A stretch of DNA of 64,000 nucleotides from Octopus vulgaris (taxonomy: Eukaryota). The stretch is taken from NCBI GenBank assembly GCA_951406725.2, contig OX597817.1:67394001-67458000 (forward strand), in the 5' to 3' direction. Shown piece after piece: positions 1-13,665 of this stretch. Position 1 is the first letter of the stretch, and the number at the start of each line of letters is the position of its first letter. A program made the translations under genes and the position numbers. The notes beneath the pieces are model-generated. The model saw nothing but the letters and a program-made list of their open reading frames with translations, was not told the origin of the DNA and did no database searches.

Positions 1-490
1 GCCGTGTATTTTGTGTGAATCGCTGAAGACCTACATCATAGCATTATTGCAATCGAAGCGCCAGTGGGTCGTTTCCTAATAGCACAAATGCCCTGTGTAC
101 ATGGCAAATATAGTTAATTTGTGGCTCGGGTGTGGTTGTGTGGTTAAGGAGTTCACGTCTCAACCATGTAGTTCTCATTGGTTCTCATTGCACGGTAGTT
201 GTTTTCCACAGTAGTTTCCGGTTGACAGTGGTGTAGCTAGAGTATGTACTGCTTGGGTCAGTCCTTCATTTTCCTGTCCCTCGAGCTTCTTAGTCTATGG
301 AGGCTTATGCAGCAGACCCAAAAGTGGAGCCTCCATAAAAGTGTCACCTATTCATGCTTCTGAAAGATAGGCAGAAATTGAATTCGATTGCCCCGTGACT
401 CAGCTGCCACGCCACCGCAATCTTCTAAAGTTTTCTGGATGCTAAAAACTCAAGTAAAAAGACAATGAAATTCAGTTTATGTAAATAATA

Positions 491-1183
491 TTTTCTACTC
501 TAGGCACAAGGCCCGAGAGTTTTAGGGAAGCGTGAGCAGTCGATTAGATCGACCCCAGTATGCAACTGGGGGAAGACTTCTGCCCGTCCCCCCACTATTT
601 TCTCCCAAATTTGTTTATTCTTAAAATTTTCTTTGCCCAAAACCCACGTATTCGGATACGGAGGTTCCGGAAAATTGCCAAATTAGTTAAATTTTACCCC
701 AACCTCACCCACTTCTCCAAAATTCTTCAATTTTGACTTTTTTTCCCAACACTAACCCTAACCCTAAAACCGTAACCTTAACCCTAAAACCGTAACCCTA
801 ACTCTAAGACCGTAACCATAACCGTAACCCTAACCCTAAAACCCTAATCCTAACCGTAACTACAGAACTGTTTTGACATTTTTGTCTGAATCATAATGTC
901 CATATTTTTCCGCATATTTTGAGAAAAAAAATTTCTGAAAAAAGTTAAAAAATGAAGGAAATACGGGTGGGGGTGGTAATTTAAAAATGCTGATTTTTGC
1001 CAATTTTTTTGCAGATTAGTATTCCCCGTAGCCGAAAAGGGGCAGGGTTGTGTCGAAAAAAGAAATATTTAGAAAAAGGAAAGGATGGTTGGGGGTGGGA
1101 ACGGGCGGAAGTCTTGCCGCAACTGGTACTTAATTATCGACCCCAAAAGGATAAAAGACAAAATTGACCACGGTGGAATTTAA
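491..1183 (-). mobile_element. 5'-truncated SINE (group A), interrupted by a MITE at 570-1118
   Basis: Matches other group A copies (GATCGACCCCAGT..CAACTGG|TACTTAATTATCGACCCCAAAAGGAT); 17-bp TSD agttta(t/c)gtaaataata at 474-490 and 1184-1200. Confidence 0.8.
570..1118. mobile_element. Non-autonomous DNA transposon (Merlin/MULE-like MITE) with internal telomere-like repeats
   Basis: 8-bp TSD gcaactgg at 562-569 and 1119-1126; ~22-bp TIRs gggaagacttctgcccgtcccc vs revcomp ggcaagacttccgcccgttccc; imperfect subterminal inverted arms; (CCCTAA/CCGTAA)n at 752-860. Confidence 0.85.
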
Positions 1184-1435
1184 AGTTTACGTAAATAATA
1201 CTCTGCAATTGTATTCCTTACGTTTTTCTTATGTTGACAAACTAAGAAGTTTAAATAAGTAAACACACACATAGATATGATATATATATATATATATATA
1301 TGGCGGTGCCCCAGCATGGCCACAGCTCATAAGCTGAAACTAGAATCAATCAATCATATATATATATAAAGGAAATGAAGAAAATGCTGACAAAATAATT
1401 TAAGTAAGGGAGAGTGTATTTAATTAAGTGAAAGT

Positions 1436-1475
1436 TCTTTTTACCGGTTGCGCATTTGTTATGCTTATCAAAAGA
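1436..1475 (-). ncRNA. Degenerate minimal type-I hammerhead remnant
   Basis: Minus strand TCTT-TTGATAA-GCAT-AACAA-ATGC-GCAA-CCGG-TA-AAAAGA: stems present and stem III palindromic, but core nucleotides are mutated. Confidence 0.4.
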
Positions 1476-1521
1476 TATTTTTTTAAGAGAGATAGAGTTC
1501 CTTTCTGATAGATTTTTTTCT

Positions 1522-1598
<77 letters not shown>

Positions 1599-2264
1599 GT
1601 GTGTGTGTGTGTGTAACTTCTGACCGATATATAACGATGAAGAATGGGAAATTAGAAGACCGAAAAACCGGTGCTCTCCGAATGATATCCCTTACGATTT
1701 AGTCTTGCATCGAATTAGAAGCTCTCCCTTGTCACTCTCACGCCTCGAAATTCAATGAACCATTTATTAACCCTCCTGAAATATGTAAGAAATGATGTTA
1801 ATGTTTAGCAATTAGGATACATAAAGGATAAAAAAAAGACGAGTGCGATCGTTAATATAGTCTTAGATACATTTGGGTGGGGAAAAGGCATGATAGTCTC
1901 GGCTGGAGAGTCATAGATATCGTAGATCAGCTCCATAAGTGCAAGCCTGGGATTAAGAAACAACAGCAACTACTACTACTATATTCCAGCCTTCAGCAAA
2001 CCGTCTTTTTAGGGATATTCTACGACATTACATACAATAGGCGTGTGATTTAGGTAGGAGGATACTTTGGCTGCTATTTTTAGCGTGTCGAGTGACCAGG
2101 TAGAGGCTCTTTCATTGGTTCGATTGCATGATGAGATTTTTTTCACATATATGTATGTATATATATCATCGACTTATATGTATATATATCATTGGCCCTC
2201 ATCAAACACGAATTTGGCCATTGTCACTCTGTAAATTCTGCCTATTATTATTGCGTGTGTATGT

Positions 2265-2326
<62 letters not shown>

Positions 2327-2574
2327 GGAGCCGGAAGTTATTGTTCGCAAACAGCAGCAGTAATTTTCTTCAGCTGAATACACGTCATTGATAGGTTAAA
2401 ATTACCCAAATATGACAACTTTAACACGAAATAACTTCTAAAATACAAAATTTTTGTCAAAAACGTTAATAGTAAACCCTGTACAATGTGACACATTCTA
2501 CCAGTATCCGAAGTTTCAAAGTGTTTAGTTAGAAAAATTAATTAAAAAAAATCTGGCCGTCAAATTGAATAGAT

Positions 2575-2832
2575 TCGGTCTCTTTACCGAACCGCTAAGT
2601 CACGGGGACATAAACACACCAACACCGGTTGTCAAGTGGTGATGGGGGACAAAAACTCATACAAACAAGCACATACACACACATATACTACGAGCAATTT
2701 CTGTCTACCAAATCCACTCACATGACTTTGTGCGTCCTGAGGCTATAGTAGAAGACACTTGCTCAAGGTGCTGCGCAGTGGTACTGAACTCGGAACCATG
2801 TGATTGGGAAGCGTGCTTTTTACCACACAGTC
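2575..2832 (-). mobile_element. SINE group B, degenerate
   Basis: Matches 22747-23156 (GTCTACCAAATCCACTCAC, GAAGACACTTG, CTGAAC..GGAACCATGTG). Confidence 0.8.
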
Positions 2833-3624
2833 TTATTGCCCTTCTGTTTTTATTTCAGGAAGACAGCATTAGATAATGTTCTTTCCTTTTTCTTTTACTT
2901 TAGAAAATAAACTGACGTAGCGATATTTGTTCTGGTATAGTGCGGTATCAGTTCGAATCTTGCAGAAATCAAATTTGTATTTTATCCATTCTTGATTGAT
3001 AAATAAAATAGAAACCCCACTGCTGATACAGCTCTTTCTCAGTTCCCCTGTCATATCGTAGATGTTCTGCAAACTCAAAGGGGTCGAAAAGTTGTCATTA
3101 TCTACTCACGACTATGCTTAAGCCCTTGAAGCCATTAATGAAAATAAAGCACATTAGCATACTCGATTGCAAGTGACGGCCTATTTATATATGTATCTAT
3201 GTATGATTTTCTTTGAAATTTATTTCAGTTCGTAAGAGAGTTCAAACCGGTCATTAACAAAGCAACAAGACTTTTTGAGTTAAGGGAGTTCCTGGTATTA
3301 GTGAATATATGGTTGAGTTGGTGTGTTGGCTGAACTGTCGATGCACACATGTATGTGTGTGCATCTATTCATTCAAAGAATCTCAGTTTGAGAATCTTCG
3401 GAATCTCTTACAAATTTTCACTGTGCCGCTAATAGATTGGATTTGGAGAATGCGTGTCAGCTTCGTTTCCTTTTTCTTCATAAGACCTAGCATTTCTAGG
3501 TTTTTGTGTAAATCTGTAGATACATAGCCTAATGCACCTATGATGATAGGTACAAATGAACATTTAGACAGGGTACAAGAGGTGTTAGTTCCGCGTTACT
3601 CCACCACAAATGTTTTCTTAGTAT

Positions 3625-3691
3625 ATGAGTATATGTACGTATGTATGTATGTATGTATATATGTATGTATCCATGCATGCATGCATGTATG

Positions 3692-3746
<55 letters not shown>

Positions 3747-3878
3747 TCAACACACTCACACACACACGTGTCTACATCTCTCTCTCAATATATATATATG
3801 TGTATATATATGTGCATATATATATATATATATATGTATTTATGTATATATATATGTATATGTATATATATATGTATG

Positions 3879-3911
<33 letters not shown>

Positions 3912-3928
3912 ATGTATATATATGTATG

Positions 3929-3974
<46 letters not shown>

Positions 3975-4001
3975 CATATATATATATAAACATATACATA
4001 C

Positions 4002-4083
<82 letters not shown>

Positions 4084-4180
4084 TATATATATACATATAC
4101 ATATATATACATACATACATACATATATATATATATATATGTATGTATGTATGTATTCCCAGTACATATACTACATACAC
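3625..4180. repeat. Compound (TA)n/(TATG)n/(CA)n microsatellite tract
   Basis: Directly visible; source of the YIYI/VCVC pseudo-ORFs. Confidence 0.95.
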
Positions 4181-4750
4181 CTATCTCTCATGTCTGTCAG
4201 TGGAAATATCTGTCACTCCCCCTTCTTAAATTCTCTCTCTTCCTTCTCTCTCATTCTTTATCGTTTACTTTCTCCTACACACACACACACGCAAACACAC
4301 ACACATCACTTTCTTTAATTCTTACTTTCTTTTTCTGCCTCTTTTACTCTTCTTCATTCCCCCCACTCACCCCTTCTCCCACTCACTCTTCTCCCACTCG
4401 CTCTCACTCTCTGTAATTCTCTCTGTTTTCTCCCACTTCACCCTTCGCTGTTTCTTTAACCTCCTCCCCCTCCCTCATGCTATGACATCTCGGCTATTGT
4501 TTACCATCCCCTTCCCCACTCCCACTCCCTTATATTCTCCTACCACATTCCTACTGCTTCAGTTCCACATGCTTTCAACATTTACATTGATTCTTTCTGA
4601 CATAGGAACAAAAACAAAACGAAGACACGCATTTCTGTTTGAACACATGTACAAGTAGAAAAATAGCGAGTAGTGAGGATGTACAGCGTATGTGTGTGTA
4701 TACACACATACACACACACACTAAACACACATTTACATTTACATATATAC

Positions 4751-4785
<35 letters not shown>

Positions 4786-4788
4786 CGC

Positions 4789-4829
<41 letters not shown>

Positions 4830-5768
4830 CACACAGACATATATATATGTGTATATATATACATATATATGTATATATGCAAAAAAAAATACACATACAT
4901 ATATATATAAAATATATATATACGTATACATACACACATACACACATACATAACACAGCTATACACACATGTGTAGGTACGTATTATTTTGCGTATATGT
5001 ATGCAAATGTGAGTATGTGTATGTATGTGTGTATATGTATACGTGTGTATGTATGTGATTATGTATGAATATATACATATACATGCATACACACACACAT
5101 ATGTATATATGTGCGTGTATGTATATATCTATGTATAGATATATGTGCGTGTATATGTATGTACATAATAGGTACATGTTTGTGTGTGCGCGTGTGGTGG
5201 GGTATGTGTATGTATGTGTGTTTGTATGTATGTATGTATGGATGTATGTATGTATATATGTATGTACGTATGTATGTATGTATACCAACAGCATCAGTGT
5301 AGACTAACACCAAAAAGAAAAAAAATAGCAGAAACACCATGGCATACACACACACAGGAAACACAGCATTTGAAATATAAAATCAAAAACGAGCACCCAT
5401 ACATACACTCACACACATAGAAAACAATCATAAGCACACATAAATTCACATAAGCTACACACTTGTACACGCGAAAATACTTATAAATGCTCATAAGCAC
5501 ACGGAAAAACATATGCAAACACACTCAGAAAACACTTATACTCACTGGTACGCACGCACACAGACAGAAACACAAACAGACACTTGCGCACACAGACACC
5601 CACATAAACGTACATTTCATGCTCGCAGACACATAGGCATACTCGCACTGGTGAACACACGCGAACGCACATGAAGGCCCAGAGTCGCATACATACGAAC
5701 TCACATGCACACGCGATACAACCTCGCCGAGCGTAAAATATACGCTTACATAAACATGCGTACACACG

Positions 5769-5805
<37 letters not shown>

Positions 5806-6190
5806 ACTTACACACACACAGACAAACACACGCACAGAGGCACACACATCACAAGTACGTGTAAATGCATGTGTGCACGCATGCACACATTTATTCTCGC
5901 ACCACACATACACATACATACGTGAATATATATATACGCAGTGATTTCTATGTGTATGTGTGTTTGTGTGTGTGTGTGTGTGTTAGCAATAATTAGAACA
6001 CTATAGAAGATGGAGACTTGTTAATCCTCAAAATTTATTTCCTCTTATTTTAAAATTTTATGCACAGTTTAAGTTTAAGTTTCCGTGTTCTACATCGTTA
6101 TAATTGTTGCTAATTTATAATCCTGACGAAAGGTACTCAACTCATTCTGGTCATTTTGACTCTAGAATTTTTTTTTTATTTTTCAATATA

Positions 6191-6416
6191 TATTTCTTTA
6201 TTGCCCACAAGGGGCTAAACATAGAGGGGACAAACACGGACAGACAAAGGGATCAAGTCGTTTACATCGACTCCAGTGCGTAACTGGTATTTAATTTATC
6301 GACCCCGAAAGGATGAAAGGCAAAGTCGACCTCGGCGGAATTTGAACTCAGAACGTAACGACAGACGAAATACGGCTACGCATTTCGCCCGGCGTGCTAA
6401 CGTTTCTGCCAGCTCG
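6191..6416 (-). mobile_element. SINE group A, young copy
   Basis: Reverse complement of CGAGCTGGCAGAAACGTTAGCACGCCGGGCG...GAGTTCAAATTCC (A/B-box-like)...GCCCCTTGTGGGCAATAAAGAAATA. Confidence 0.9.
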
Positions 6417-7439
6417 AACCTATTTTGATAGCAGGAGATAATGATTAAAAAGTAAAGGACATCGTTTTACATATGCGCTTGTTCGCAGTCGGGAGCATAG
6501 ATGTACAAAATGAAATGCAAAAGAAAAAAAAGAAAACGAAATAATGAATTGAAAGTTTGGCAACTGTGTTTATTTCCACCACGTGACGCTTATGAGATCA
6601 ACGTGTTGTCTATCGAAAGAGTGCTCTTTGGTACAAATAAATACCGATGAAATCATTTCAAACCTTTCCGATTTCCCTTATCGAGACAGTTAGAACTTGT
6701 GCAACAATTTGACATATAACTTATTGTCACCCGGGAAGAGGACTTTTTATGCTCAAGAAAGAGAGTGTATTTGATAGAAATTATAGAAATACATATGAAC
6801 TTCATATGAGTAGCAAATTGTGGAGGATAGTATTCATTGTACTTGGATCTAGTTAGTTTGAGTCACAAAATCAGCCTCCTTTTAAAATGACTTTAAAAAA
6901 TCTGAAAATTTATTATATTAAACATTCATTTCTTATTCAGGATCTAGTTTGTTTTATTCACAAAATCTGCATTTTTTAAAAGGAAGTAAAAAATCTGAAA
7001 ATTGGTTATCTTGTGCAGTTTTCCACGCTTATTCCTATGAAGTTTGAACTTCTGGAGAAAAAATTTGACACACACAAAATTTTTTCTTTTTAATTCGTGG
7101 TTTTAAAATACGGACAATCTGAATCTACCATTCGTTTTTCTTTATAATTTCCAAATGATTTTTTAAATACTTCAAAATCAAAACTGTGTAAATATGTGTG
7201 CCAGAAATAGTAGTTAAAACTTAAGGAAATAGATTTTTGGGTGATTTCTTATTATGACTAACTTTTATTTCATTATTACCAGTTACACATGGTGCCAGGA
7301 ATTTTCCTGATGTCGTCGAAGTGGTAAAAAGTTTTTTAAAGATTTTGAAAATTTGAAACAAAAAGGCATGGTTTTTTTAAAACTGACTGTCGCAGAGATG
7401 TGAAGATATGGCTACTACTCGTTAATTTCAAATTAAACT

Positions 7440-7571
7440 TACAAAAAAACAGGGTCTTCCAGCGCCCCCTAGCGCCTCCAAGTCTCTTAACGCCGCCTTT
7501 GCTTCAAAACGTCCCCCTCGAGCTCGAAACGCCCCCATGGGGGGACATATAGCCCCCGTTGAGAACCTTTG
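7440..7571. mobile_element. hAT (Charlie-type) transposon terminus
   Basis: Ends GTTGAGAACCTTTG (cf. GTTGAGAACCACTG TIR), followed by GTCTAGAC (7572-7579), a typical Charlie target; the other end was not found. Confidence 0.55.
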
Positions 7572-7742
7572 GTCTAGACAGTATTACCGTCCAATGAAAC
7601 GAACACCGAACACCATCGGAGGAACTTACAGACTGACTGTCAACTAATAGTAGTCATAGATGTTAAATACAGATGGATACGGTTAGCAGTAACTTGGAAC
7701 ATAACTGAGAGCCACGACGGTATCTGGCCGGATATATCCCGC

Positions 7743-7859
<117 letters not shown>

Positions 7860-7860
7860 G

Positions 7861-8152
7861 CAGTGGAACGTGGGTTTACGAATTTAATTCGGTCCAGAAG
7901 GACGTGCGTCATCCGGAATGTTCATAAATCGAAACTTTTTCTAATAGGAAATTCAAGAGAAGGCGCGGCGAATTCAAGTATATGCGCTAGACAGCAACTG
8001 GCGGTCTCCCAGCTTGTCACCAACCGTGTTGCCTGTTTGCGTGTTCGTTATTCTAGTCACCGTTCGTCACCCGAGACGTATTATTATTGAAAAATTGTTT
8101 GTAAACTAATTTTATTCGTGATGAGCGCCCTTCGTAAACCGAGGTTCCACTG
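7861..8152. mobile_element. Tigger/pogo-type MITE
   Basis: 22-bp TIRs cagtggaacgtgggtttacgaa / ttcgtaaaccgaggttccactg (20/22 match); TA TSD not preserved. Confidence 0.8.
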
Positions 8153-9568
8153 AGTGCAAATTAGATCGACCTGACAGAGTGCCTCAATTTAAGTACCTAA
8201 TTCAATCGAATATTAATTATATATATATATATTCGTTGATTTTTTTAACGATCGGGGTAAGCAATACTCAATACTATATATTTCCTGCCTTAAAAACCGA
8301 GACACAGGCGAGACTCCAGGCAAAATAACAGGTTAATGGATCAATGAGTTTGTTGCCATAAGCCCACTCCCACATACACACATATTTGCATGTGTGTATG
8401 TGTATAAGTATGTGTGTGTGCGCGTGTGTCTGTATGTTTATGTGTATGTGTGTGCGTTGGACAAATGCTATATATTTGCATATGATGATTAAAACTCAAG
8501 ACTTCCTTTGGTTAATTCAGATGAGAGAATTAGTCTAAAGAATGAGCTTCGCTGTTGTCCATGGTTTCTGCATGTTCTCCGGACCTATGAAATCGTCTGG
8601 TTGATGTTTCTCTGAAAATAGTTGTAACTCTACGGCTGCAGGACGAAAATGTTCGAGAAAAGCCCTGCAGTCAAACAGCGGCTGTTAGAATATAGTGGTT
8701 CTGTAGCATAGCGGTTAAGTCCCGAAGAGTAAATCCGTTACATAAATATGCGGTTTTTTTTTATATGGTTTCCATGACAGGACATTAAAGATTTTGTGGT
8801 TAGGTTGTTATAAAGGTTTGTGAAGTTTTAAGTTGTGAGTGGATTCATGAATGGGTAATGGTGGGATAATGTTATAGACATAAACCTTATTTCCTTAATA
8901 TGTATATGGTAAACGCATTGAGATGTTGATGAATGGGATTATGTTGTCTTATTCGCAGGCAACAGATATATGTATTGTTAAGAAGGTCGTTTTGGGTTCA
9001 GTCTCGTAGTGCGGTCCCTTCGGCAAATGTCTTCTTATATAGTCAAGAGCAGAATAATAACTTGGGAATGAATTTGTAGACAAAAACCGTGGAAGCTCGT
9101 GATTTATATATATAAAACAAAAATTGAAGTGTCGAGTTGAGATGGTATTTTTTAGAAATGCAGGAAATCTCGAACGCAAGAAAAGGAACTCTGCAAATAG
9201 CTTTTAGAAAATCGGGTAAAAATACCCCATTAGACATCACTATAGGTGCCACTTCCTTCATATATAGGCATAGTTTTAGCCGATTCTCTAAAAGTTGTTT
9301 TCACAGGTATTCTCCTGCTCATGCGTTCGATACACTACTCATTTATACATACATACATACATACATACATACATACATACATACATACATACCAACATAC
9401 ATACATGCATATATATATACATACATACATGCATACACACACACATATACACACACACGGGTATGGTGATACAAACAAGGAAAATAGGACTCAAAATATA
9501 AGTACACATTTTTATTAATATTTAGCAAAAGGAACAGATATATATATGTATGATATACATATATATAC

Positions 9569-9631
<63 letters not shown>

Positions 9632-10170
9632 CATGCGTATATATGTATATATTCTTGTTGTTGTTAATTCCGAAGTCTGCCCTGCTTAATAGTCCTATGT
9701 CCTATGTCGCTCGAGTAGTCAGATGAATGATGAAGCGCTATCTACTAATTCATTTTCTCAATAATACCACATCCCTGCTTAACTGAAATCCATACTGCGG
9801 ACCCGATAATAAGTATGCCGCCCTACCTATCACGCCCCCAAGCCTATACAAGCTTATATTTTTAATTTATATAGATTTCCTGTTATATATATATATATAT
9901 TAGTATATATTAAATGTGTATGTGTATGCAGGTGTATATATATGCACGAGTGTATATATGTATATGTATGTAAGACTGTATTCGGTACATAAGGGCGACT
10001 GTAATGCATGTGTCTCCTTCCTTCATGCGTATATGTATGTATATACGCTTGTATATCTGTGACTGCAGGTGTGCTGATTGATAGGAGGCTGTATATGCAT
10101 ATATATATATATAGTACGTTTAAATATTTGTCGTGCAAGATTTTTTATGTGAAGTCGTGTGTTGAAACAG

Positions 10171-10406
10171 ATATTGTTATATTTCGGAATGGTCATTTTG
10201 CCAGTTTAGCCAATAAAAACACACGCACTATATATTTGGTGTTACTTTGCTTCAGTGTTATTTATTTTTTACATTAATCTTAATCTTATTTCGGCCAGAG
10301 TAATGTAAAAAATAAATAACACTGAAGCAAAGTAACACCAAATATATAGTGCGTGTGTTTTTATTGGCTAAACTGGCAAAATGACCAATCCGAAATGTAA
10401 CAATAT
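10171..10406. repeat. Near-perfect long inverted repeat (~106-110 bp arms, short spacer)
   Basis: 10171-10276 is the reverse complement of 10301-10406 with 2 mismatches. Confidence 0.95.
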
Positions 10407-10414
10407 ATATATAT

Positions 10415-10469
<55 letters not shown>

Positions 10470-10855
10470 CTCCATACATATGTATATATATATATGTGTA
10501 TATTCATGTATGCGGCCAGTGTGAATATATGCCTGTAATATTGTGTATATATGTATACATATATGTTTGTGTATCTGTGTATTTATTTATATAAATGTCC
10601 ATATAAATGTAGGCATATATCTATGTGAAGATGAAGTTGCGGATACATACACACGTATGTGTGTGTGTATATTTATACATATATATACATATGCGTGCGT
10701 ATGTATATGTGTGTGTGGGTGTGTATGCACATATATGTATATTCATATATGTACGAGTGTGCATATATGTATACGTTTATGGTTGTGTATGTTTGTATTT
10801 ATTTATATAAATGTCTATATAATTTAGGCATATATCTGTGTGAAGATGAAGTTGC

Positions 10856-10899
<44 letters not shown>

Positions 10900-10968
10900 G
10901 TATGTGTATGAGTATATTTATTCATATATATGTATATACGTGTATATGTATATGTGTGTGTGTGTGTG

Positions 10969-10999
<31 letters not shown>

Positions 11000-11526
11000 A
11001 CATATATGTTTATTCATATATGCGGCGAGTGCGAATATATGCCTATATAAGTGTGCATGTATGTATATTGTTAACGTTTTTGTATGAGTATATATATATA
11101 TATATATATTTCTTAAGTTCTGATGTAAATGTAGGTATATATCTATGTCAGGATGAAGTTATGTATACATATATACGCACGTGTGTGTGTATTTGTACAC
11201 ATATATATGCTTATACATGTATGTGTAGATGCGTATGTGCGTATGTAAACATGTATATGAGCATAAAAATGTGTGTACGGGTATATGTATATATATATAT
11301 ATATGTATATATATGTATATGTGTGTATATATATATATATATACATATCTGTGTACGCATGTAGTTTTTACGAACGCAGAAGATTTCTATCTATTATGAG
11401 AATATGGTTGCATGTATTTTATATATTCTTTATATATTTTTTTAGTATTTTATATTTTTAATATCTTTCATGCCTATTAGAGTAACTTCCCCTTTTTATT
11501 CAACGGTTTCTTTTTGATATCGTCTA

Positions 11527-11587
11527 AATAGCTGAGGAAAAGGCGTATAAGCTTTTAGCTCCGGTATTTGAAACTCTGAGTTCTATT
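11527..11587 (+). ncRNA. Type-I hammerhead ribozyme candidate
   Basis: AATAG-CTGAGGA-(31 nt)-GAAA-CTCTGAG-TT-CTATT: 5-bp stem I and intact core; stem II closure is weak. Confidence 0.55.
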
Positions 11588-11609
11588 ACGACAACTTATT
11601 GATTGGCCT

Positions 11610-11656
<47 letters not shown>

Positions 11657-12134
11657 TATTATATATATATATAAATTCCTCTATTTATTTACATAATATC
11701 AAGGTCTCATTCATTCTTTTGTCGTCATTTTATTATTATTATTAAGTTATATATATATATATATATATACACATGCGTGAAGATGAGTACGATTTTTTTT
11801 CTTTCTATATTTGTTTATGTATTTGCTTATTGAACGACATAACGGGCAATCTATTTGAAAAATAGGAATTATCCACATGACATTGTAATTGCTTCTAAAA
11901 TTTGTTCGTGAACGTTCCAGAGAAATGCAATTTTAACCAGCTATATAAACCCATAGCCGTTGGACCTGTGACTAATTTGATAAGAGCCAATGCACGAAAC
12001 TCTCGACCTTTGAGTCACTCTGTTACCTCTGCTAAAAATATGTGTGGTGTATGTATGCATGTGTGTGTGTATTTGTAATATGTTTATACATGTGTGTTTG
12101 TATGTGTGTGTCTGTCTGTGTGACTTCGTGTGTA

Positions 12135-12530
12135 TGGAGTGGAGTTAAATGTGTGTGGATAATGACTCTGTGGAAGATTATCTACATAAGACGGCTATAT
12201 GCGATTAGATGCGGCAGCATGGCGTCGTTAAGTTCAGAACGAAGAATATTAAGGGGGCATAACTGAATTATCTGCTACAATAGAGTTGTACAGAATGGAG
12301 GTTAATGGGCGTCTTGTCGACACAGATTGTAATCGAGAAATCTGATAAGATACGTCCATAGAGCCCAAAGACCGGCAAATTTGCCAGAAAATTCGTTCTT
12401 GTATTAGACACAGTCGAAAACCTTTGCTGATGTCAAGAGCATCTGCATTGCTTTCTTCAAGTCTTCTGTGTATGCTTGAAAGCTGATCTACGGTGAGTTT
12501 AGCAGAAAGCAGTTCACCAGTAAATCTACA
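12135..12530 (-). pseudogene. Decayed CR1/Jockey-group LINE reverse transcriptase fragment
   Basis: Frameshifted minus-strand translation RFTGELLS...DALDISKxFDxV...LANLPVFGL...YVDN...HYPHTFNSTP resembles RT motifs RSTGDLL..ALDISKAFDRV..LPSFGL..YADD. Confidence 0.65.
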
Positions 12531-12546
12531 TACATATAACTGTAAC

Positions 12547-12609
<63 letters not shown>

Positions 12610-12734
12610 CATAATTATGCATGCATAAATACATACAAATGCATCATAAACAAGATGTTAGCGATTTAAAATACATAACAGTAATTTTATGAACGAACAA
12701 ACGAAGTAGAAAAAACACAGAGAGATAGATAGAT

Positions 12735-12787
<53 letters not shown>

Positions 12788-13582
12788 GAGAGAGATGGGT
12801 GTGTGGGAAGGAAACAAAAGTTCTGTCTTTTTCATTATATAGCTTTAACGAAACTAAGGAAATGCTTTTCGCTTAACCTCATTTATTTGTTAAACTATTC
12901 ATCCTATTATTAAACCGTTCCTCTATTCACTGAACAAACACTGTTTTTATTGGAGCAATCAACATCCCCTTCAGTGAGCCAATCTTTCATGCACCACCAA
13001 CAAATTTGAATACCTATTCAATATGCATATAATGATTTATGATGCACATTTAGACTGCCGCGAGCGCGCACACACGTACTTATAGTTTTAGTGCTTGATT
13101 TATAAGAAGTGAAATCGTTTACTCTAACAGATGTATTTTGGGAGGGTTATCTTGCCAGCGTGATAGACCTGGAGTAACGTAACCAGAGTACGTTATCGGT
13201 GAGCTTGCGAATGGCATGGAAAAGGACTCTAACTAATTGACTGTTGTGCAGTCCAGCACAGAATGAGAATGAAAGGGGAAAAAAATTGCACACCGACCAA
13301 ACGTACTTAACAAATATTTCTCGAAAGATTTCCACAGAATATACATACTCAAAGCAGATGAACAGCCTGATACGTACATGACATGCCATTTACATCCTCC
13401 CACCATTCAACCAGGTTTTGCTCGAACACTACTTCAACTCGACACAAATCACCTGGATACCTGGTTTGAAGATAAGACAACAAACTTAAAGCAACACCTA
13501 TAAAGCCCTTTATCTCTCTCTTCTCACCAGCAACACCAGAGAGCATCGTATACAACCAGCCTTCACACTAAACATACACACG

Positions 13583-13665
<83 letters not shown>

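Noticed and set aside
226-417. Possible MITE with CAGTGGTGTAGC / GCCACGCCACCG ends
   Set aside because: 3 of 12 mismatches and no TSD; too decayed to call
752-860. Telomere or chromosome-end signal
   Set aside because: Degenerate and enclosed within TIRs and a TSD, so it is transposon cargo
1696-1775. Possible minus-strand exon bounded by TTTCAG and GTAAG
   Set aside because: Stops in all three frames; could only be non-coding, and there is no evidence for that
2869-3078. 69-aa minus-strand ORF in unique-looking sequence
   Set aside because: No recognisable motif or supporting splice structure
3538-5944. Many long ORFs rich in YI, VC, HT and MYVC
   Set aside because: Translations of dinucleotide and tetranucleotide microsatellites, open in several frames on both strands
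13140-13570. Possible retroelement ORF remnant
   Set aside because: Composition is suggestive but no diagnostic motif could be identified
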